From IMG/VR virus record IMGVR_UViG_3300021171_000001, positions 1 through 56,031 of that record: 56,031 nt of DNA, one strand, 5' to 3'. This DNA is from a virus. The notes beneath the pieces were generated by a model. It did no database searches. It was not told where the DNA came from and saw nothing but the letters and a program-made list of their open reading frames with translations. Positions 50,779 through 56,031 of this stretch are shown here, piece by piece. Positions within the stretch are counted from its first letter, which is position 1. Each line of letters begins with the position of its first letter. Both the position numbers and the translations under genes were made by a program.

Positions 50779-52407
50779 ATGTCGAAGCTCGAACGGGAGC
50801 AAAAACAGGGATCGAACCATGCCGAGGAGATGCGGAACTTCTATAATTTGAATGTGTACCCCTCGGCAGCTACTCCTTCCTTCCGGCCACGCGTCATCCT
50901 CCCCGAAGCGCAATTCCTGATGTGCTGCGAAGCTACTGATTTGACGAATGATACGCCACGTATCTATATCTCGGTGAATGGGAAAGCCGACGAACAGAGA
51001 GAGAAGGCGTTTTCGGCGGCATGGCGTCTCGGGATGTTCAATAACCGAATCTTCGACGCCGTGCTCTGGTCTCAATTCGTGAATCCGGCTTATCTGCAAG
51101 TGGGATGGTCTCCCGACGCCCGAAGCGGCAAAGGAATGGCCTGGATTGCCGCCGATGATCCTGAGACGATTTTCCCCGACCCGCATGCTAAGGACGACCG
51201 AACCTGGGCTTACGTTATCAAGGAGCGGTACTTCTACGTCGATGAAATTCGGCGCATGTTCCCGGAAAAGGGGAAGTACGTCAAGATTGGCGGCGGTTAT
51301 GACGATTACGAAGACAACGAGATGGAAGGGTCGAGATTCGACCTCGGGATGGAACTTCCGCCTGGGCCGCTGCGCATCGATGCCCCCGAAGGTTTCGAGC
51401 ATCAAAGGAACGGACCTCGTGTGCGTGTACGGTACGCTTGGGTTAAGGATTATGCCCGAGACCGAGTGGAAGAAATTGCGGGAGTTCGAGCGGGAGAAGG
51501 CTTCGAACTTGTAGTCCAGCCTAAATTTAAGTGGAGATTCCCGAATGGCCGATTCATCGTCGAGTGCAACGGAATCATTCTTGCCGATGGGCCGAATTTC
51601 ATTCCTCGCCTTCCCGAAGATGATTTTGGAACTTTCCCATTTATTGGCATGTGGTCTATGCCTCACCTTGATAGCATGTACGGTCCTCCTCCAGTTCGGT
51701 ACGTTAAGTCTCCACAGGATATTGCGGAACGGATGTACACGCAACTCATCGAAAACATGATCCGCACGAATAACGTGCAATGCTGGATTCCCCGAGATTC
51801 GAATATCGATATCGACGCTTACGGTGGATTGCCGGGAGAAGTGCAGGTTTACGACGGCGACAAGCCTCCGACCATGAGTTCGCCGCCACAGATTCCGCAG
51901 CATATGACGCAGATACCGGAACTGTTGCTACAAAAAGTGGCTCGGTATTCGGGCACAACCCCGGAGCGGCAGGGGCAATCCGGGGGAGGAAACATTTCCC
52001 CTGAACTGTTCGATGCGGCGGTATTTCAAGGGCAGACCTTCGTTCGGATGAAGGCTCGTCTACTAGCCGAATCTTATCAGCGTCTTGCCCGGATGGTTTT
52101 TTACACGATGGCTCGGTTCAAACGGCAGGAAGATATGCTCATGCCAGAGCGCAAAAAGCAGAAATCGTGCTCGTGGCTGCCGATTCCCGATGGAGCGGAA
52201 TGCGATCTTGAACTTGACGCAGTTTCGCTACAGGCGGTTTCAAGCTCTATGATGAAAAATCTCGTAATGGCGCTCTCGAAGACGGGCGCGTTGCCTCCTA
52301 AATTTATCTTCGAGACCCTCGGGTTGCCGCAAGCTGAACAATTGGCGGAAGATGCGCAGCACGCGCAAGAGCTTGCGGCGGTAGCCCGCCTTAAACGGCC
52401 TCGCTAG
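50779..52407 (+). CDS. Portal protein (by position and size)
   Basis: 542-aa ORF downstream of terL and upstream of scaffold and capsid. AGGA directly abuts the ATG (poor spacing). The frame is open for 36 codons upstream, back to TAG 50668. Confidence 0.6.
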   Translation: MSKLEREQKQGSNHAEEMRNFYNLNVYPSAATPSFRPRVILPEAQFLMCCEATDLTNDTPRIYISVNGKADEQREKAFSAAWRLGMFNNRIFDAVLWSQFVNPAYLQVGWSPDARSGKGMAWIAADDPETIFPDPHAKDDRTWAYVIKERYFYVDEIRRMFPEKGKYVKIGGGYDDYEDNEMEGSRFDLGMELPPGPLRIDAPEGFEHQRNGPRVRVRYAWVKDYARDRVEEIAGVRAGEGFELVVQPKFKWRFPNGRFIVECNGIILADGPNFIPRLPEDDFGTFPFIGMWSMPHLDSMYGPPPVRYVKSPQDIAERMYTQLIENMIRTNNVQCWIPRDSNIDIDAYGGLPGEVQVYDGDKPPTMSSPPQIPQHMTQIPELLLQKVARYSGTTPERQGQSGGGNISPELFDAAVFQGQTFVRMKARLLAESYQRLARMVFYTMARFKRQEDMLMPERKKQKSCSWLPIPDGAECDLELDAVSLQAVSSSMMKNLVMALSKTGALPPKFIFETLGLPQAEQLAEDAQHAQELAAVARLKRPR

Positions 52408-52408
52408 A

Positions 52409-52591
52409 ATGATGAGAACACCAATGAGTGTTTTCCGTGAAGAATGGATTCCAGTGAGTGTGATCGCCAAGGAGTATAATAAAAATTCTGTAACCATAAA
52501 GCGATGGTGTAGTAGCGGCTTTATCCTTCGGCTCGGATTTCGTATCAAGCGCGATCCCAAAGGTCGTTGGATGTTGTTGAAAATAAACTAG
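52409..52591 (+). CDS. Small HTH (excisionase/MerR-like) protein
   Basis: WIPVSVIAKEYNKNSVTIKRWCSSG. Confidence 0.4.
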   Translation: MMRTPMSVFREEWIPVSVIAKEYNKNSVTIKRWCSSGFILRLGFRIKRDPKGRWMLLKIN

Positions 52592-52655
52592 ACATATCGA
52601 ACATTTCGAACTCACCCTCTTGCCTCACCGATAGGTTTACCCCCATCCTCCGAAG

Positions 52656-52883
52656 GTGCAACAAAAGTTTGAGTTAATTCACCTCTCCGAGCACACGCAT
52701 CCGGGCTATCAAACCCCAGTCTATCTCGTGCAATTCGCCATTAATGGGCAAGTTTGTCCACCTTTCTGGTCCACGAAACAGGATCGGGTCGATATGGGCG
52801 AGGATATGTGGTTCGAGAGTCTGAAACAGAACGCCGAAGGTGCCCTTGCCGAATGCGGGCCTTCGAAGGCATTAACGAACTAA
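52656..52883 (+). CDS. Hypothetical protein
   Basis: 75-aa ORF with GTG start. Confidence 0.45.
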   Translation: MQQKFELIHLSEHTHPGYQTPVYLVQFAINGQVCPPFWSTKQDRVDMGEDMWFESLKQNAEGALAECGPSKALTN

Positions 52884-52898
52884 CAGGAGATCGATTTT

Positions 52899-52985
52899 AT
52901 GGCGCGACGGTCAAAAGGACGTGGCTCTATGAATACGAAGATGGCCGGTCACAAGCATGGTATGCGGAAGGCTGGCCGGTACTAG
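52899..52985 (+). CDS. 28-aa Arg/Lys-rich micro-ORF
   Basis: AGGAG 9 nt upstream; MARRSKGRGSMNTKMAGHKHGMRKAGRY; TAG stop. Confidence 0.4.
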   Translation: MARRSKGRGSMNTKMAGHKHGMRKAGRY

Positions 52986-53057
52986 CTTCGTAAGTATCAA
53001 GCGATCTGGGGGTCTCCCCGTGTAAGCGGGTGCCCAGACGAGAAAGGAGACACCGAT

Positions 53058-53096
53058 ATGGCACGACGGCGCGGTAGGCACAGTAAGCGCAAGTAA
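53058..53096 (+). CDS. 12-aa Arg/Lys-rich micro-ORF
   Basis: AAAGGAGA upstream; MARRRGRHSKRK; same frame as 52899..52985. Confidence 0.3.
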   Translation: MARRRGRHSKRK

Positions 53097-53125
53097 CGGA
53101 TGTAGGCGCGGAAGGTACTGCCGGA

Positions 53126-53158
53126 GGCGGGGTAATGCCCCACGCATGCCCCGCCTTT
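53126..53158 (+). terminator. GC-rich hairpin with a short T run (weak terminator or processing site)
   Basis: GGCGGGG-16 nt-CCCCGCC-TTT. Confidence 0.35.
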
Positions 53159-53175
53159 CGCATAGGAGAACAAAA

Positions 53176-53388
53176 ATGCCGGATACACGGAACGGAAGAG
53201 ACAATCGGATCGATGTGGAGCAGATCAACCGGAACATCCAGACGACCGAGGATTCGTATCTCGAATCGCCATTCAACGAAGAGATTATGGCCGGTGACGC
53301 CGACTATGGCGATGTGCTGTTCAACAGCATGCCGGAAGATCGAATTGGTCTGATGACGAATGGAAGGAGAATCAAAAACAATGGCTAA
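53176..53388 (+). CDS. Hypothetical acidic protein
   Basis: ATG 53176 behind TAGGAGAACAAAA. Confidence 0.55.
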   Translation: MPDTRNGRDNRIDVEQINRNIQTTEDSYLESPFNEEIMAGDADYGDVLFNSMPEDRIGLMTNGRRIKNNG

Positions 53389-53569
53389 GGGTAACCATTT
53401 CGATGTGTTCGACACTCCGCTAGAGACACAACCACCTAAGAGTTCAGCCGAAGGTCCTATCGATTATGGCGGCGTAGCGGATATAGCCGACGATCACCGC
53501 AACGATCCGATGGGGGTCCTTCCGAAAGATGCTAAGCCTCGGAATATCGGGCCGAGTTCGAAAGATTAA
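53381..53569 (+). CDS. Hypothetical protein
   Basis: ATG 53381 behind GGAAGGAGA. Confidence 0.5.
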   Translation: MAKGNHFDVFDTPLETQPPKSSAEGPIDYGGVADIADDHRNDPMGVLPKDAKPRNIGPSSKD

Positions 53570-53575
53570 TGCGTC

Positions 53576-53992
53576 GTGGCGAGTCCTCCAAATCCGTTAA
53601 TGGGCGGTGGTGCCCCTCCGGGTGGAGGGATGCTCTCGACCATCCTCGGGGCGCTCTCGAATCGAGCCTCGACGAATCCAGGGCAGGATTTCGCTCAACA
53701 GTCGGCAGCATTACAAGGTGCCGACCCTTCGATGGTTTTGCGCCAACTCGAACAGGTCAACCAGATTCTCGGAGTCCTGTTCGTGAAGACGTTTCAGAGC
53801 CTACCGAATGTGGCGAATCAGATTAGTGCCACGATGAAAAGTTTATCGCGAGCGATTAAGGAAGGACAGCAGGCAAGTAACGTAACCGAGGCAGTCAGCA
53901 AGAACGAAGAGGGATCGAGTCAGCCGCCGATCAATTTCAGTGCGGTAAGCCAAGGGCAAGTTCCTGGGGCCGACCAGGGTGCAACGACATAA
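53576..53992 (+). CDS. Hypothetical head-module protein
   Basis: 138-aa ORF with GTG start. Confidence 0.45.
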   Translation: MASPPNPLMGGGAPPGGGMLSTILGALSNRASTNPGQDFAQQSAALQGADPSMVLRQLEQVNQILGVLFVKTFQSLPNVANQISATMKSLSRAIKEGQQASNVTEAVSKNEEGSSQPPINFSAVSQGQVPGADQGATT

Positions 53993-54007
53993 AGGAGAGA
54001 ATGGTTT

Positions 54008-54817
54008 ATGAGTGTGGACAAGGTAAAAAAGTGGCTCGAATCAGTGCAAGAATATCCCGATAATACTCCGATCAAATTCGGAGATGAGGAAATACCGCTT
54101 GGTTCCATTCGAGCATTGAATTCTTCCGACCGGCAAGCTCTATCCGAACGGATCAAGGGCGTCGAGGCGAAGGAAACAGAACTCAATACTCGGCAGCAAA
54201 CCGTTGTGGAACTCGCGCAGAAGGCGCAAGCGGCATACGACGCGGCAGAAGAAGCCCGAAAAAAGGCGACTACGCGGCAAGCCGATCCGAATTCCGATCC
54301 CTTTTCCGATCCGTGGCTCGCTCCGGTGAAATCAGCCCTCGAAGCGAGAGACAAGAAGCTCGAAGAGAATGCCGTTCTCCTAAAGAATTTGCAGGCGACG
54401 CTCGGACAGGCTGCGACCGTGTTCATGCGCCGGGAATGGCAGCGCGAATACGACGGGCTGAATTTCGGCAAGCGTGAAAAGAGGCCGACTCGGGATGAAA
54501 TCCTGAAATACGCCCAAGAAAACAAGATCGTCGATACCGATGGCATGCCGTCCGTTCGGCTCGCCTGGGACAAGATGTCGGAAACCGACCGCCTCGAAGA
54601 TTTGAAGAAAGAAGCTCTCGAAAGGGGTCGGGAAGAGGGTCGGATGGAAGCGATGGCGGCTCGGGTTACGGCTCCCGGAGTCTCGGGAATTGGACAGGGA
54701 CCGCAGCCGGGCGCTCGGAAGATCACTCCCGAGACGGACATCCTTGGAGATTTGTACGTAGACGCATTGAAGGACCCCGATTTAAGGGCATTGATCGAGC
54801 AATCGGGAGTCGTATAA
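54008..54817 (+). CDS. Scaffolding protein candidate
   Basis: 269 aa; charged and helical (AQKAQAAYDAAEEARKKATTRQ...); lies immediately upstream of the capsid gene. Confidence 0.55.
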   Translation: MSVDKVKKWLESVQEYPDNTPIKFGDEEIPLGSIRALNSSDRQALSERIKGVEAKETELNTRQQTVVELAQKAQAAYDAAEEARKKATTRQADPNSDPFSDPWLAPVKSALEARDKKLEENAVLLKNLQATLGQAATVFMRREWQREYDGLNFGKREKRPTRDEILKYAQENKIVDTDGMPSVRLAWDKMSETDRLEDLKKEALERGREEGRMEAMAARVTAPGVSGIGQGPQPGARKITPETDILGDLYVDALKDPDLRALIEQSGVV

Positions 54818-54830
54818 AAAGGAGCCTTAA

Positions 54831-55835
54831 ATGGCACTGACTGTCGGAACGGGAATCAATCAACCTAGTGCTCTTTTTGTTAACACCCTCTCGTCAATCG
54901 CGCAGAAACTAATATTTCCGAAAATTTCTGATTTAGTTTTTCAGCCGAGTCCTACTTTTAGCTTTCTTAACCAGTACGCCAAGAAGTATTCGGCAGGTGC
55001 GGAAATAGTATATCCGTTATTGACTACAAAGATAACAACTCGCGGCTCCTACTGGGGCGACCAGCTTTTGCCGACCTCGGCAATCGATGCGATTCAGCCC
55101 GCCGATCAGGTGTGGCGCGGCTATTTCCAGGCGACTACATTGCCGGTGATGGATATTGTGATCGGGCGCGGCGGGCCGGTGGGTCTCGATCTCGTGAAGA
55201 CTTACGTGCAGGCTGCCGCTGGTTCGATGCTCGACATGCTCGCCGAGGCAGTGGCCGGAAATTCGCCGTTTAACTCTTCGACCGACCTTGATTCGATTAG
55301 TTCTTGGGTTCTATCGACGACCAACACAATTGCCGGAATCAATCGAACCACGAACACGTTCTGGCAGCCGCAGCCGAACTCGGCCATCGGCGGTCACTTG
55401 ACACCGCAAAAGCTGCTCATTCCGTACTTCCAGGCGACCTATGGCTACGATGAGCCGAACCTGCTGATTCTGAACAACACGGACTTCGCGAACTTCGAGT
55501 CGGCGTTCACCGCGAATTCGAACTCGGCGGCTTCGACGACTATCATCCGAGCTTCGGACAATTACGCGGACACGGCTCCCATCCAGACTTCGTTCCGGTA
55601 CCATATGCGGTTCAAGAACGCCGTGGTGCTCGCGGATCAGCATTTCCCGGCTGGCACTGGGTATTTGTTGAACACGAAATACATCTGGATGATTTACAAC
55701 ATGGGAAGCTTCTTCCGCATGACGCCGTGGATCATGCCGTCGAACCAGGATGTGATTACGTCACGTATCCATCTCATCGCGCAGCTCGGGTGTAATCGGC
55801 CAATCGGTCAGATCGCCCTAACTACTTTAAGCTAA
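54831..55835 (+). CDS. Major capsid protein
   Basis: 334 aa; RBS AAAAGGAG; lies after the scaffold candidate; size and composition are typical of HK97-fold capsid proteins. Confidence 0.65.
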   Translation: MALTVGTGINQPSALFVNTLSSIAQKLIFPKISDLVFQPSPTFSFLNQYAKKYSAGAEIVYPLLTTKITTRGSYWGDQLLPTSAIDAIQPADQVWRGYFQATTLPVMDIVIGRGGPVGLDLVKTYVQAAAGSMLDMLAEAVAGNSPFNSSTDLDSISSWVLSTTNTIAGINRTTNTFWQPQPNSAIGGHLTPQKLLIPYFQATYGYDEPNLLILNNTDFANFESAFTANSNSAASTTIIRASDNYADTAPIQTSFRYHMRFKNAVVLADQHFPAGTGYLLNTKYIWMIYNMGSFFRMTPWIMPSNQDVITSRIHLIAQLGCNRPIGQIALTTLS

Positions 55836-55844
55836 AGGACTTAC

Positions 55845-56031
55845 ATGCCATCACAGATTGAGTGGGCACAACTCGCAGCGTACATAGATAGCGAAGGGTG
55901 CATCCATATCTCTATGAAGGATCGGAGAGAAGGGCGGTGGGATTGGCGTGCATTTGATCTACTGGTGACTGTTGCTAATACCGATCCTCGTCTCATTCGT
56001 TGGTGTGTGGATCATTTCGGCGGGCAGGAGA
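55845..56031 (+). CDS. N-terminal part of the LAGLIDADG homing endonuclease (continues at 128..414 through the junction)
   Basis: ATG 55845 behind AAAGGA; MPSQIEWAQLAAYIDSEGCIHISMKDRREG... Confidence 0.7.
   Translation, partial: MPSQIEWAQLAAYIDSEGCIHISMKDRREGRWDWRAFDLLVTVANTDPRLIRWCVDHFGGQE
55905..56031. repeat. Second copy of the 127-nt terminal overlap
   Basis: Identical to 1-127. Confidence 0.95.

Noticed and set aside
50770-51903. 377-aa minus-strand ORF. The same reasoning applies to 53920-54837 (305 aa), 9615-10226 (203 aa), 15640-16215 (191 aa) and the many other antisense track ORFs
   Set aside because: These lie fully antisense to well-supported long genes (portal, scaffold, internal protein, endolysin). 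They have Arg/Ser/His-rich low-complexity composition and no RBS, so they are shadow ORFs.
1-56031. Genome-wide reassignment of TAG to a sense codon
   Set aside because: All long genes are intact under the standard code. Roughly fifteen called genes end in TAG, with normally placed downstream starts. Only local, conditional read-through remains plausible.

Overview
The window is a complete, self-closing genome of a tailed dsDNA phage. Nt 1-127 are identical to nt 55905-56031, so the unique length is 55,904 bp. All calls rest on reading the sequence, the ORF track and motif recognition; no database search was run.

Layout:
- Rightward late operon (about 45.9 kb, across the junction, to 16.5 kb): small Zn-ribbon proteins, large terminase split by a LAGLIDADG intein, portal, scaffold-like protein, major capsid protein, a free-standing LAGLIDADG endonuclease spanning the junction, tail and internal-virion candidates, three exported proteins, and a lysis cassette with an M15 endolysin.
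- Leftward early block (16.5-25.6 kb): ERF recombinase, a winged-helix replication-initiator candidate with in-gene iterons, several nucleases and many small Zn-ribbon proteins.
- Rightward early/middle block (25.8-33 kb): small genes separated by conserved hairpins.
- A 10-kb translationally coupled sugar-modification operon (33.1-43.1 kb).
- A Pth2-like gene plus tRNA-like locus (43.2-43.8 kb).
- A short leftward block (43.8-45.8 kb).

No DNA or RNA polymerase, primase, helicase or integrase is recognisable.

Most notable observations:
1. A leaderless peptidyl-tRNA-hydrolase-2-like ORF has TAG as its third codon. It runs into two tRNA-like cloverleaves that both carry a CUA anticodon, and there are further in-frame TAG junctions, including one upstream of the portal gene.
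2. The glycosyltransferase / B12-radical-SAM / methyltransferase / RNA-ligase operon is invaded by four homing-endonuclease-like genes.
3. A three-copy intergenic hairpin has invariant flanks and compensatory stem changes.
4. Five operon-first genes have a -10 box only 7-10 nt upstream of the ATG, which suggests leaderless mRNAs.
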